A stretch of DNA of 64,000 nt, taken from Anaeromyxobacteraceae bacterium. Lineage in GTDB: Bacteria; Myxococcota; Myxococcia; Myxococcales; Anaeromyxobacteraceae. This document shows positions 11,108-20,924 of this stretch, piece by piece. The DNA lies in the NCBI GenBank assembly GCA_032654565.1, contig JAULAX010000018.1, positions 320,001 through 384,000 on the forward strand, in the 5' to 3' direction. The position numbers and the translations under genes are program-made. The number at the start of each line of letters is the position of its first letter. The first letter of the stretch is position 1. The notes under the pieces were generated by a model, which saw nothing but the letters and a program-made list of their open reading frames with translations, was not told the origin of the DNA and searched no databases.

Positions 11108-11554
11108 ATGTCCAGAACCACGCACAGCGCCACCCGCGAAGAGGCCCTCCAGGGCCGCGCCTGGTGGGTCGTCGACGGCTCCGAGCAGACCGTCGGCCGT
11201 CTCGCCACCCGCATCGCCTCCATCCTGAAGGGCAAGCACAAGCCCCTCTACACGCCGTCGCTCGACACCGGCGACTTCGTGGTGGTGGTGAACGCCGAGA
11301 AGGTCCGCTTCACCGGCAAGAAGGAGACGGACAAGCTCTACTTCACCCACTCCATGCACCCGGGCGGAGAGAAGCTGACCCCGCCGGACAAGCTCCGGCA
11401 GAAGCACCCCACCGGGCCGCTGGTCAACGCCGTCAAGCGCATGCTGCCCCGCAGCGCGCTGGGCCGGCAGATGATGACCAAGCTCAAGGTCTACGTGGGC
11501 GCCACCCATCCGCACGCGGCGCAGAAGCCCCAGCCGCTCGTCCTTTCGAAGTGA
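11108..11554 (+). CDS. rplM: 50S ribosomal protein L13
   Basis: GRLATRIA..LKGKHKP.YTP..DTGDFVVVVNAEK and HPHAAQKP motifs. Confidence 0.98.
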   Translation: MSRTTHSATREEALQGRAWWVVDGSEQTVGRLATRIASILKGKHKPLYTPSLDTGDFVVVVNAEKVRFTGKKETDKLYFTHSMHPGGEKLTPPDKLRQKHPTGPLVNAVKRMLPRSALGRQMMTKLKVYVGATHPHAAQKPQPLVLSK

Positions 11555-11566
11555 GGAACTGACCGA

Positions 11567-11959
11567 ATGGCAACCCAGGTCCAGATCAACGTCGGCCGCC
11601 GCAAGGAGTCCGTGGCGCGCGTGCGCCTCGTCCCCGGCACCGGCAACGTCACCATCAACGGCCGGCCCATGGACGAGTACTTCGGCCGCGAGACCTCCAA
11701 GATGATCCTCATCGAGCCGCTCAAGCTCGTGGACCAGCTCGGCAAGGTCGACGTCCTGGTCACCGCCCACGGCGGCGGCCTCTCCGGCCAGGCCGGCGCC
11801 ATCCGCCACGGCATCAGCCGGGCGCTGGTGGAGCTGAACGCCGAGTACCGCCCGGTGCTGAAGAAGGCCGGCTTCCTCACCCGCGACGCCCGCGCCGTCG
11901 AGCGCAAGAAGTACGGCCGTCCCGGCGCCCGCAAGCGCTTCCAGTTCAGCAAGCGCTAG
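11567..11959 (+). CDS. rpsI: 30S ribosomal protein S9
   Basis: [24 protein letters not shown] and the ERKKYG...[11 protein letters not shown]-terminus. Confidence 0.98.
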   Translation: MATQVQINVGRRKESVARVRLVPGTGNVTINGRPMDEYFGRETSKMILIEPLKLVDQLGKVDVLVTAHGGGLSGQAGAIRHGISRALVELNAEYRPVLKKAGFLTRDARAVERKKYGRPGARKRFQFSKR

Positions 11960-12132
11960 CCGCTTCACCGGGCCTCCCTGGCTCGCACCGACGGCCGGCA
12001 CCCCACGGGTGTCCGGCCGTTCGGCGTTCCGGGGGTCCGGCCCCGCACCGGGCGGGCGCTATCGCCCCGCCGCGCCCCGCCGTCGCACGCATTGGACCGG
12101 TGCCGGATCCGGGTGTTACGCTCGACGCCGCG

Positions 12133-13434
12133 ATGGAACTGAACGAGATCCTGCAGATCGCCCTGCGCGCCGGCGCCAGCGACATCCACCTCAAGGCCGG
12201 CCTCCCGCCCATGTTCCGGGTGGACGGCGGGCTGGTGCCGCTCAAGGACGCCCGGCGGCTGCCGCCCGAGGAGATCCAGCGGATGGCGCTCGGGATCATG
12301 AACGAGTACCAGCGCGAGAAGTACAAGCAGACCAACGAGGTGGACCTGGCCTACGGCGTGCCCGGGCTGGGGCGCTTCCGCGTCAACATCTTCCAGCAGC
12401 GCGGCACCATCGGCGTGGTGCTGCGGGTCATCCCCTTCAAGATCCAGTCGATCGAGCAGCTCATGCTGCCCAAGATCCTGGAGAAGATCGCCGGCGAGCA
12501 GCGCGGGCTGGTGCTGGTCACCGGCACCACCGGCTCGGGCAAGTCGACCACGCTGGCGGCCATGGTGGATCACGTCAACGCCACCGAGACCTGCCACATC
12601 ATGACCATCGAGGACCCCATCGAGTTCCTCATCCGCGACAAGCGGTCGATCGTCAACCAGCGCGAGGTCGGGGTCGACACCATGAGCTTCGGCCAGGCGC
12701 TCAAGAGCGCCCTGCGCCAGGACCCCGACGTCATCCTGGTCGGCGAGATGCGCGACCTGGAGACCATCGAGACCGCGCTCACCGCCGCCGAGACCGGCCA
12801 CCTGGTGATGTCGACGCTGCACACCCTCGACGCCACCGAGACCATCAACCGCATCATCTCCGCCTTCCCCCCGTACCAGCAGAAGCAGGTGCGGCTGCAG
12901 CTCGGCTCGGTCCTGCGCGGCGTCATCTCGCAGCGGCTGGTGCCGCGCGCCGACGCCAAGGGGCGGGTGCCGGCCATCGAGGTGCTGCTCTGCACCAGCC
13001 GGGTCCGCGAGATGATCGAGGACAAGGACCGCACCAAGGAGATCCCCGACGCCATCTCCCAGGGGCACGTCAGCTACGGGATGCAGACCTTCGACCAGTC
13101 GCTGATGTTCCTGCTCAAGTCGAACCTGATCACCTACGAGGAGGCGCTGCGCCAGGCCACCAACCCGGACGACTTCGCGCTGCGGGTCTCCGGCGTCAGC
13201 AGCACCAGCGACTCGAAGTGGGACGGGTTCGAGACCAAGGCCGAGCCGGCCGCCCCCGCCAACACCCAGCGCGCCGCCGCCCAGCGCCCCGCCGCGCCGC
13301 GCCCCACGCCCGGCCCGCCGGCCCAGCCCGGCATCGCCCTCGGCCGGGTCCAGCCGACCAAGGCCCCCGCCGCCGAGCCCCCCGCGGGCCCCGCCCCCGG
13401 CGGCGACGACGACTTCCAGATCGAGCGGTTCTAG
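12133..13434 (+). CDS. pilT: PilT family type IV pilus retraction ATPase with Pro/Ala-rich C-terminal tail
   Basis: ASDIHL, GTTGSGKSTT, TIEDPIE, LRQDPDVILVGEMRD, AAETGHLV.STLH and GMQTFDQ motifs. Confidence 0.92.
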   Translation: MELNEILQIALRAGASDIHLKAGLPPMFRVDGGLVPLKDARRLPPEEIQRMALGIMNEYQREKYKQTNEVDLAYGVPGLGRFRVNIFQQRGTIGVVLRVIPFKIQSIEQLMLPKILEKIAGEQRGLVLVTGTTGSGKSTTLAAMVDHVNATETCHIMTIEDPIEFLIRDKRSIVNQREVGVDTMSFGQALKSALRQDPDVILVGEMRDLETIETALTAAETGHLVMSTLHTLDATETINRIISAFPPYQQKQVRLQLGSVLRGVISQRLVPRADAKGRVPAIEVLLCTSRVREMIEDKDRTKEIPDAISQGHVSYGMQTFDQSLMFLLKSNLITYEEALRQATNPDDFALRVSGVSSTSDSKWDGFETKAEPAAPANTQRAAAQRPAAPRPTPGPPAQPGIALGRVQPTKAPAAEPPAGPAPGGDDDFQIERF

Positions 13435-13449
13435 CCCCGTTCCACCGGC

Positions 13450-13950
13450 ATGAAGGCCGACGAGTCGCCGCTGCAGCGCGCCCAGGCGGTGGCGCTGCGC
13501 TACCTGGCCGCCGCCGCCCGCACCGAGGTCCAGGTGAGGGCCCGCCTGGTGAAGGCCGAGCTGGCCGAGCAGGCCGACCCGGTGATCGCCTGGCTGCGGG
13601 GGCTGCGCTACCTCGACGACGCCGCCTACGCCCGCGGCCGGGCCCGCACCCTGGTGACCTCGGGCCGCCTCGGCCCGCGCACCGCCGAGCGGCGCCTGCT
13701 GCGGGCCGGCATCGGCGCCGCCGAGGCCCGGGCGGCGGTGGCCGGGGCCCTGGCCGAGGAGGTGCCGGGCGGCGAGGCGGCGCTGTGCCTGGCCCTGGCG
13801 GAGCGCCGCTCCCGGGGCACGCCGCTGGCCGCGCTGGACCCCCGGGCCCGCGGCCGGCTGGCCCGCTTCCTCCTCGGCCGCGGCTTCTCCGGCGCCGCCG
13901 TGGCGCGGGCGCTGGGGGGCTTCCACGACCGCGACCTGGAGGACCCCTGA
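13450..13950 (+). CDS. recX: RecX family regulatory protein
   Basis: ALRYLA...RTE..VR.RL, YLDDAAYA and RFLLGRGFS motifs. Confidence 0.85.
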   Translation: MKADESPLQRAQAVALRYLAAAARTEVQVRARLVKAELAEQADPVIAWLRGLRYLDDAAYARGRARTLVTSGRLGPRTAERRLLRAGIGAAEARAAVAGALAEEVPGGEAALCLALAERRSRGTPLAALDPRARGRLARFLLGRGFSGAAVARALGGFHDRDLEDP

Positions 13951-14015
13951 GCGGGCCAGGCCCCGCCTCCGGAGCGATGCGCCGCCGCCGGTTCTACGAT
14001 ATGTTCCGCCCCCTC

Positions 14016-14792
14016 ATGCGAACCCGGATCCTCCTGCTCGCTCTGGTCCCGCTGCTGGCCTGCTCCAGCAGCCGCGTCTCCTTCACCGGCGAGATCAAGT
14101 ACGCCAAGACCGCCGAGGAGAACTACGAGGCCGGGGTCGACGAGATGAAGCACGAGAACTGGGTGGAGGCCCACAAGTTCTACGAGCACGTGCGGACCAA
14201 GTACCCCTTCTCGAAGTACGCGGCGCTGTCCGAGCTGCGCCAGGCCGACGCCAAGTTCCAGCAGAACCGGCTCGGCGAGGCGGCCGACGCCTACACCGCC
14301 TTCGTCACCGCCCACCCCATCCACGAGGAGGCCGACTACGCGGCCTTCCGCGCCGCCAAGGCCCGCTCCGACGACGCGCCGGGGGAGTTCATCCTCTTCC
14401 CCCCCACCTACGAGAAGGACCAGAAGGCGCTGCGCGCCGCCACCGAGCTGCTGGTGGCCTTCCTCAAGGACCGGCCGGGCGCCACACAGATCCCCGAGGC
14501 CAGGGCGATGCTGGCCGTGGCGCAGAAGCGGCTGGCCGATCACGAGGCCTACGTGGCCGAGTTCTACTGGAAGCGCGAGCGCTGGGCCGGCGCGGCCATG
14601 CGCTACGAGGGGCTGGTCCGCGACTACCCGGGCGCCCCCCAGGAGCCGCTGGCGCTGCTGAGGATGGGGCAGGCCTACGCCCGGCTCGACGAGAAGTTCA
14701 GGGCCCAGCAGGCGCTGCAGAAGCTGATCGCGCGCCACCCGCTGGATCCGCGCCGGGCCGAGGCGGAGAAGCTGCTTGGGCAGCTCCGCTAA
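14016..14792 (+). CDS. bamD: Outer membrane protein assembly factor BamD (lipoprotein)
   Basis: Lipobox LLAC, YPFSKYA, HP.HE.ADYA and LA.HE.YVAEFY motifs, TPR-like helices. Confidence 0.88.
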   Translation: MRTRILLLALVPLLACSSSRVSFTGEIKYAKTAEENYEAGVDEMKHENWVEAHKFYEHVRTKYPFSKYAALSELRQADAKFQQNRLGEAADAYTAFVTAHPIHEEADYAAFRAAKARSDDAPGEFILFPPTYEKDQKALRAATELLVAFLKDRPGATQIPEARAMLAVAQKRLADHEAYVAEFYWKRERWAGAAMRYEGLVRDYPGAPQEPLALLRMGQAYARLDEKFRAQQALQKLIARHPLDPRRAEAEKLLGQLR

Positions 14793-15588
14793 GGGCCCTC
14801 CGCCCGACCACCAGGGCTTCGGGGCCCGCTCCGGGCGCCGCGCCCTGGGGAGGCTGCTGCAGGCCCGCCAGGGGGCCCCCTACCTCTTCCCGCTGCTGCT
14901 GGTGCTGCTGGTGCTGGCCGGCGGCTGGTGGCTGCGCGACCTCACCCCCCGCCTGGCCGGGGCGGCGGCCGACCCCGAGACCCGGGTCCGGGCGGCGCTG
15001 GCCCGGCAGCGGAGCCTGCACCTCTCCGACGTCTACGGCTTCGAGGCCGGCGGCACCCTGGAGCTGGACCCGGTCCGCTTCGGCGACCTGGCCGTCACCG
15101 TGGAGGGGGACCGGGCCCAGGTGGTGGCCATGGTGGAGGGGGAGGGGAGCCTCGACTGGCGGCGCGGCCGCATCCGCGTCGGCTACATCGGCCGGGAGCG
15201 GTTCTCCATGACCCCCTGCGACCTGGGGGGCTGGTGCGCCGACGGCCGCCAGCTGGCCGAGCTGCGGCGGGTGCTGCCGCTGCTGTTCCGGCGCATCGAC
15301 GCCTTCAACGCCCGCGACGCCGCCGCCTACGGGCGGCTGGTGGGGGAGGGGTACCGCGGGGCGGGGGGCAAGCCGGCGGTGCTGGCCCAGCTGCGCCGCG
15401 ACTTCGGCCCCGGCCCGGCCGCCACCCTGACCGTCACCGCCTGGCAGCTGCGGGTGGAGCCGGGGCGGGTGGTGGTGGGCGAGGACGAGCGGGTGCGGGT
15501 CGGCGACGGCCCGGAGGCGACGCTGCGGGCCCGGCTGGAGCTGAAGGAGGAGGACGGCCGTTGGGTCATCGTCGACGGGCTGAGGTAG
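14776..15588 (+). CDS. Hypothetical membrane-anchored protein (possible NTF2-like domains); start uncertain
   Basis: The ORF fills the gap between bamD and the TPR gene. It has an N-terminal TM helix and ends in ..[11 protein letters not shown]. Confidence 0.6.
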   Translation: MGSSAKGPPPDHQGFGARSGRRALGRLLQARQGAPYLFPLLLVLLVLAGGWWLRDLTPRLAGAAADPETRVRAALARQRSLHLSDVYGFEAGGTLELDPVRFGDLAVTVEGDRAQVVAMVEGEGSLDWRRGRIRVGYIGRERFSMTPCDLGGWCADGRQLAELRRVLPLLFRRIDAFNARDAAAYGRLVGEGYRGAGGKPAVLAQLRRDFGPGPAATLTVTAWQLRVEPGRVVVGEDERVRVGDGPEATLRARLELKEEDGRWVIVDGLR

Positions 15589-15616
15589 AGTCGCCCAACC
15601 CCGGAGGGAGTTCGAC

Positions 15617-16324
15617 ATGGACGAGACCCTGAAGCAGGCCCTCGCGCTGGGGCGCGGCTACTACCTGAAGCGGGAGTACGCGCTCGCCGAGCAGTTCCTG
15701 ACCGAGGTGGTGGAGAAGAACCAGTCGTTCGCCGACGTCTACAACATGCTCGGGGTCATCTACCACGACCAGGGGCAGTACGAGAAAGCCCAGCGCGGCT
15801 TCGAGGCGGCGCTGCGCATCAACCCCGGCTACACCGACGCCGCCCTCAACCTGGCGGTCACCTACAACGACACCGGGCGCTACAAGGACGCGCAGGAGAC
15901 CTACCGCCACGCCCTCTCCCGCTCCGGCGCCACCGACACCAAGCTGGACCGCTTCGTGGCCGGCAAGCTGGCCAACATGTACGCCGAGATCGCCGACGTC
16001 TACCTCTCCGCCGGCCTCTACACCGAGGCGGTGGCCGAGTACCGGCGGGCCCTGGCGCTCGGCCCCACCTTCAGCGACATCCGGGCCCGGATGGCCGGGG
16101 CCCTGCGCGACGCCGGCGAGCGCGACGCCGCCATGGCCGAGTACCTGGCGGTGATCAAGCAGAGCCCGGCCTTCATCCCGGCCCGGCTCAACCTGGGGCT
16201 GAGCCTGCTGGCCGCCGGGCGCAAGGAGGAGGCGGTGGCGCAGTGGCAGGCGGTGCTGGCCATCAGCCCCGGCAACCGCAACGCCACCCTCTACCTGGAG
16301 CTGGCCGAGGGGCAGAAGGCGTAG
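15617..16324 (+). CDS. Tetratricopeptide repeat protein
   Basis: Repeated TPR helices ([11 protein letters not shown]...AL.INP.Y..A.LNLA); RBS GGAG. Confidence 0.88.
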   Translation: MDETLKQALALGRGYYLKREYALAEQFLTEVVEKNQSFADVYNMLGVIYHDQGQYEKAQRGFEAALRINPGYTDAALNLAVTYNDTGRYKDAQETYRHALSRSGATDTKLDRFVAGKLANMYAEIADVYLSAGLYTEAVAEYRRALALGPTFSDIRARMAGALRDAGERDAAMAEYLAVIKQSPAFIPARLNLGLSLLAAGRKEEAVAQWQAVLAISPGNRNATLYLELAEGQKA

Positions 16325-16342
16325 GGCCCGGGGGCGCCTGGC

Positions 16343-17392
16343 ATGAGCGAGCAGGAGAAGACCGTCCGGCTCACCACGCTCAGCCACGGCGCCGGTTGAG
16401 CCTGCAAGATCCGCCCAGCGGACCTGGCGCAGGTCCTGCGCCACCTGAAGCCCGTTCGAGATGCCAACGTCCTGGTCGGCCACGAGACCCGCGACGACGC
16501 GGCGGTCTATCGCCTCTCGCCCGACCAGGCGGTGGTGGAGACCGTCGACTTCTTCACCCCGGTGGTGGACGACCCCTACTGGTTCGGCCGCATCGCCGCC
16601 GCCAACGCCTTCTCCGACATCTGGGCCATGGGGGCGCGGCCGCTCTTCGCCCTCAACCTGGTGGGCTGGCCGGTGAAGACGCTCCCCATGGAGCTGCTCG
16701 GCGAGGTGCTGCGCGGCGGCGCCGAGGCGGCGGCGCTGGCCGGGGCGCCGGTGCTGGGTGGCCACTCCATCGACGACCCCGAGCCCAAGTACGGCATGGC
16801 GGTGACCGGGCTGGTCCACCCCGACCGGATCCTGCGCAACGTCGGGGCCCGGCCGGGCGACCGGCTGCTGCTCACCAAGCCGCTCGGCTCCGGCATCGTC
16901 ACCACCGCCATCAAGCGGGGGCTGGCGCTGGGGGGGCTGCTCGACACCGTGACCCGGCTGATGGCCGAGCTCAACCGGGCCGCCGGCGAGGCGCTGGCCG
17001 CCTCCGGGGCGGTCCACGCCCTCACCGACGTCACCGGCTTCGGCCTGCTCGGCCACGCCTGGGAGATGGCCGAGGGCTCGGGCGTGGCCCTGCGGATCCG
17101 CTCGCAGGCGGTGCCGGTGCTCGACGGCGTGGTCGACCTGGCCGCCGCCGACGTGGTGCCGGGCGGCTCGCGCGCCAACCTGGCCTGGGTGCAGCCCCAC
17201 CTGCGCGCCGATCCCGAGGCGGTCCTGCCGCTCATCGTGCTGGCCGACGCCCAGACCAACGGCGGGCTGCTGGCGGCGGTGGCGCCGGAGCGCTCGGCCG
17301 GGGTGCTGGCGGCGCTGGCGGCGGCCGGGGTCAAGGCGGCCGACATCGGCGAGGTGCTGCCCGGCACGCCGCCGCACATCGAGATCGTCTAG
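16343..17392 (+). CDS. selD: Selenide, water dikinase SelD; selenoprotein (TGA at 16397-16399 read as Sec)
   Basis: Reads MSEQEKTVRLTTLSHGAG-U-ACKI, then DDAAVY, TVDFFTPVVDDP, ANAFSDIWAMG, GGHSIDD, TDVTGFGLLGH and DAQTNGGLL. The ORF track catches only the part from 16532. Confidence 0.93.
16417..16438 (+). promoter_or_regulatory. Candidate bacterial SECIS hairpin
   Basis: GGACCTG-GCG-CAGGTCC stem-loop (16420-16436) starts about 20 nt after the in-frame TGA. Confidence 0.65.
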
Positions 17393-17401
17393 CTTCACGC
17401 C

Positions 17402-18163
17402 ATGCCCGTCGCCCTCCTCGCCGCCCTGCTGGCCCTGGCCGCCCCGGCGCCGCCCAAGGCCCCCCGGCCCCCCGCCTTCGTGGTGGTGATCGACCCCGGC
17501 CACGGCGGGGAGCACGACGGCGCCCACTCGCCGGCCGGCCTGAAGGAGAAGGACGTGGTGCTGCAGATCGCCCGGCGCCTCCGGCCGCGGCTGGAGCAGC
17601 TGGGGGCCAAGGTGGTGCTGACCCGGACCGGAGACATCGGCGTGCCGCTCACCACCCGGGCCGCGGTGGCCAACGGGCTCAGGGCCGACCTCTTCGTCTC
17701 CATCCACCTCAACTCCATGGCCACCGCCGAGGGGCGGCGGCTCTCCACCGGGGTGGAGACCTATTTCCTCTCCGCCGACGCCAGCGACGCCAACGCCGCG
17801 GCGGCGGCGGCGCGGGAGAACGCCGACCGGCTGGCCGGGGAGCCGCTCCCCGATCCTGGCGACCCGGTGGCCGGCATCCTCCAGGACCTGGAGCAGGCGG
17901 CGGCGCTGGCCGGCTCCTCGCGCCTGGCCTACGCGCTCCACGACCGGCTCATCGCCGCGCTGGGCACCGAGGACCGCGGGGTCAAGCAGGCCCCCTTCTA
18001 CGTGCTGGCCGGCGCCCGCATGCCGGCGGTGCTGCTGGAGGTGGGGTTCATCTCCAACGCCGTCGAGGCCGGCAAGCTCACCAGCGCCGCCCACCAGGAG
18101 CGGATCGCCGCGGCCATCGCCGCCGGCGTGGCGGCCTGGCGCGAGGCGGAGCGGCGCCGGTAG
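17402..18163 (+). CDS. N-acetylmuramoyl-L-alanine amidase (Amidase_3)
   Basis: [23 protein letters not shown] and [12 protein letters not shown] motifs. Confidence 0.93.
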   Translation: MPVALLAALLALAAPAPPKAPRPPAFVVVIDPGHGGEHDGAHSPAGLKEKDVVLQIARRLRPRLEQLGAKVVLTRTGDIGVPLTTRAAVANGLRADLFVSIHLNSMATAEGRRLSTGVETYFLSADASDANAAAAAARENADRLAGEPLPDPGDPVAGILQDLEQAAALAGSSRLAYALHDRLIAALGTEDRGVKQAPFYVLAGARMPAVLLEVGFISNAVEAGKLTSAAHQERIAAAIAAGVAAWREAERRR

Positions 18164-18170
18164 CAGGTCG

Positions 18171-18199
18171 CCGGCCCGGCCCGGCCCGGCCCGGCCCGG
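18171..18199. repeat. (CCGGC)n pentanucleotide tandem repeat, ~6 units
   Basis: CCGGC x5 plus CCGG, directly after the amidase stop and upstream of rph. Confidence 0.85.
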
Positions 18200-18281
18200 G
18201 CGTGGCGAACCGGCGCAGGTGGCGCGGCGCGGCGGCCCCCGGTGGCGCGTCCGGCCCCGCCCGACTAGGATGCGCGACCCT

Positions 18282-18995
18282 ATGCGAACCCACGGCCGCG
18301 GCGAACGCGAGTTGCGCACCATCGTCCTCGAGGCAGGCGTCTCCAAGTACGCGGAGGGCTCCTGCCTGGCCCGCTTCGGCGACACCCACGTGCTCTGCAC
18401 GGCGTCGATCGAGGACCGGGTCCCGCCCCACGTCCTCGGCACCGGGGCCGGCTGGGTCACCGCCGAGTACGGGATGCTGCCACGCTCCACCCACGACCGG
18501 ATGCGCCGCGAGGCGGCCTCCGGAAAGCAGGGCGGGCGGACGCTGGAGATCCAGCGGCTCATCGGCCGGGCCCTGCGCGCCTCCATCGACCTCAAGGCCC
18601 TCGGCCAGCGGACCATCGCCCTCGACTGCGACGTGCTGCAGGCCGACGGCGGCACCCGCACCGCGGCGGTCACCGGCGCCTGGGTGGCGCTGTCGCTGGC
18701 GGTCCGCACCCTGCAGAAGGCCGGCAAGCTCAAGGCCGAGCCCATGGTCCGGCGCGTCGCCGCGGTCAGCGTCGGCGTCAAGGGCGGGGTGGCGCTGCTC
18801 GACCTCGACTACGCCGAGGACTCCACCGCCGACGTCGACATGAACGTGGTGGCCACCGGCGACGGCAAGCTGGTGGAGGTGCAGGGCACCGCCGAGGGGC
18901 AGGCCTTCGGCCGCGGCGAGCTGGACGCCATGCTCGACCTCGCCCTGCAGGGGATCTCCCGGCTCGGCGAGCTGCAGCAGGCGGCGCTCAAGTAG
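18282..18995 (+). CDS. rph: Ribonuclease PH
   Basis: [40 protein letters not shown] and EVQGTAEG motifs. Confidence 0.97.
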   Translation: MRTHGRGERELRTIVLEAGVSKYAEGSCLARFGDTHVLCTASIEDRVPPHVLGTGAGWVTAEYGMLPRSTHDRMRREAASGKQGGRTLEIQRLIGRALRASIDLKALGQRTIALDCDVLQADGGTRTAAVTGAWVALSLAVRTLQKAGKLKAEPMVRRVAAVSVGVKGGVALLDLDYAEDSTADVDMNVVATGDGKLVEVQGTAEGQAFGRGELDAMLDLALQGISRLGELQQAALK

Positions 18996-19016
18996 GGCGC
19001 CGGGAGGGTCGCGGCG

Positions 19017-19664
19017 GTGGAGCTCTTCTTCGGCACCTCCAACGAGGGAAAGCTGCGCGAGCTGCGGCGGCTGGTGGAGGGGCTGCCGCTGGTGGTGGTG
19101 ACGCCGGCCGACCTGGGGGTGCCGCTCCCCGAGGTGGTTGAGGACGGCGCCACCTTCCTGGAGAACGCCGGGAAGAAGGCCAGGGCCTTCGCGCGGGCCT
19201 CCGGCCGAGTGGCGCTGGCCGACGACTCCGGCCTCTGCGTCGACGCCCTTGGGGGCGCCCCGGGCATCTTCTCGGCCCGCTGGTCGGAGGCCGAGCACCC
19301 GGGGGCGCTGCCGCGGGAGGACCGCGACCGGCACAACAACCAGAAGCTGCTGGCGGCGCTGGCCGGGGTGGAGAAGGCCCGGCGGGGAGCTGCCTACGTG
19401 GCGGCGCTGGCCCTGGCCGGTCCCGACGGCCGCCTGCTGGAGGGCGTGGTGGGGCGCTGCCGCGGCCGGATCGGGAGGGCGGGGCGGGGCGACGGCGGCT
19501 TCGGCTACGACCCGCTCTTCGTGGCCGAGGGGCGGGCGCTCACCATGGCCGAGCTGCCGCCGGCCGAGAAGGACGCCCTGTCGCACCGCGGGGCGGCCTT
19601 CCGGGCGCTGCGGCCGGCCCTGGCGCGGCTCGCCGCCCTTGACGAAGGCCGGGGGAACCGCTAG
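19017..19664 (+). CDS. rdgB: dITP/XTP pyrophosphatase (HAM1 family)
   Basis: TSNEGK, ADDSGL.VDALGGAPGIFSAR, GFGYDPLF and K...SHR motifs. Confidence 0.95.
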   Translation: MELFFGTSNEGKLRELRRLVEGLPLVVVTPADLGVPLPEVVEDGATFLENAGKKARAFARASGRVALADDSGLCVDALGGAPGIFSARWSEAEHPGALPREDRDRHNNQKLLAALAGVEKARRGAAYVAALALAGPDGRLLEGVVGRCRGRIGRAGRGDGGFGYDPLFVAEGRALTMAELPPAEKDALSHRGAAFRALRPALARLAALDEGRGNR

Positions 19665-19711
19665 TTACCACCCCCTCGGAGTGACCGGCTCGTTCGGTCA
19701 GCCACTGTTTC

Positions 19712-19785
19712 CGGGGCGTAGCGCAGCCTGGTAGCGCGCCTGCCTTGGGCGCAGGAGGTCGCCGGTCCGAATCCGGCCGCCCCGA
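19712..19785 (+). tRNA. tRNA-Pro(TGG)
   Basis: Acceptor CGGGGCG/CGCCCCG, anticodon arm CCTGC-CT TGG GC-GCAGG, atypical T-loop TCCGAAT, no encoded CCA. Confidence 0.92.
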
Positions 19786-19864
19786 CTCTTTGACAGCGAT
19801 GGTGGTGGCCGGGCCGCGGGTCGCACGCGGTGCCGGGGCAACAACGAGGTCGCCCAAATTTTAC

Positions 19865-19941
19865 GGTGAGTATAGCTCAATCGGCAGAGCACTGGACTGT
19901 GGATCCGGGGGTCAAGGGTTCGAACCCCTTTACTCACCCCA
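19865..19941 (+). tRNA. tRNA-His(GTG)
   Basis: G-1, acceptor GTGAGTA/TACTCAC, C discriminator plus CCA, anticodon loop CT GTG GA. Confidence 0.96.
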
Positions 19942-19955
19942 ACTCTTCTCGCGAA

Positions 19956-20032
19956 GCGCCCGTAGCTCAGATGGACAGAGCAGCGGCCTTCTAAGCCGCT
20001 GGTCGCAGGTTCGACTCCTGCCGGGCGCGCCA
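19956..20032 (+). tRNA. tRNA-Arg(TCT)
   Basis: Anticodon arm GCGGC-CT TCT AA-GCCGC, T-loop TTCGACT, ends GCCA. Confidence 0.96.
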
Positions 20033-20063
20033 CACGGCGCTGGCCCGCCAGCGCGGCGGCACG

Positions 20064-20092
20064 TTGACAGCCCGGTCGGGCGCTGGTAGATC
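20064..20092 (+). promoter_or_regulatory. Sigma-70 promoter for tRNA-Lys
   Basis: TTGACA-N17-TAGATC followed by a GC-rich discriminator. Confidence 0.7.
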
Positions 20093-20125
20093 CGCGCCCC
20101 TTCGGCCATCCTGAAGTTCGTCTTC

Positions 20126-20198
20126 GGGCGCGTAGCTCAACTGGCAGAGCAATGGACTCTTAATCCATAGGTTGAAGGTTCGATTCCTTCCGCGCTCA
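20126..20198 (+). tRNA. tRNA-Lys(CTT)
   Basis: Anticodon arm ATGGA-CT CTT AA-TCCAT, T-loop TTCGATT, acceptor GGGCGCG/CGCGCTC. Confidence 0.96.
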
Positions 20199-20234
20199 CT
20201 CCCGAAAGCAGCACCAACTCTCGAATGCTTCCAC

Positions 20235-20262
20235 GGCCTCCCCGGTCACCCGGGGAGGCCTT
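20235..20262 (+). terminator. Hairpin after the tRNA cluster, probable terminator
   Basis: Perfect 11-bp stem GGCCTCCCCGG-TCAC-CCGGGGAGGCC followed by only a short TT. Confidence 0.6.
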
Positions 20263-20444
20263 CGTGCGTCGGGGCGCCTCGGCGCTCGACGGCCGCGCCA
20301 GCTGGGCCCCATGCTCCCGGGGCCAGGGGCTCTCAGGGGCCTTCCCCGGGCCGCCGGGGCCCGGCGGCGTTATGCTTCCACAGGCCGACGACGGCCGCTG
20401 CATCACCACGGGTCCAGCTCGGCCCCAGATCAGGAGCGGATGGC

Positions 20445-20924
20445 GTGACACCTCCTTCACGACTGCTCGCCGCGACCCTCACCGCGGCCTTCCTCCTGGC
20501 CGGGCCACCGGCCCGGGCCACGCTCGGCGAGGCCGAGGCCACCGTGGAGCGGGACCGCCAGGCCCTGGCCATGGACCGCCGCCCCGTCGCCGCCGCCGCC
20601 GCCGCCGTTGCCTCCGCCACCGGGGTCACCGTCCACGAGCTGCGGAGCTCCACCGTGAGCGTTCGCCAGTTCGTCACCCCGTCCGGCGTGGTCTTCGCCG
20701 TCGCCTGGAGCGGCCTGGCCATGCCCGATCTCGGGACGCTGCTCGGCGTCCACCACGCCGACTACCGGGCCGCGGTGAAGCGCGGTGAGCCGGGGCGTGG
20801 GCCCCGGCGCGTCGAGGCGGCCCAGGTGGTGGTGGAGACCTGGGGGCACGCCCGCAACCTGCACGGCCGCGCCTGGCTGCCGGCCCTCCTGCCTGCCGGA
20901 GTGAAGCCCGATGACCTCCAGTGA
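20445..20924 (+). CDS. DUF2844 family exported protein
   Basis: GGAG RBS, GTG start, signal peptide ending A.ATLG, then VRQFV...GVVFAVAWSG..MPDL..LLG and GRAWLP.LLPAGV motifs. Confidence 0.8.
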   Translation: MTPPSRLLAATLTAAFLLAGPPARATLGEAEATVERDRQALAMDRRPVAAAAAAVASATGVTVHELRSSTVSVRQFVTPSGVVFAVAWSGLAMPDLGTLLGVHHADYRAAVKRGEPGRGPRRVEAAQVVVETWGHARNLHGRAWLPALLPAGVKPDDLQ

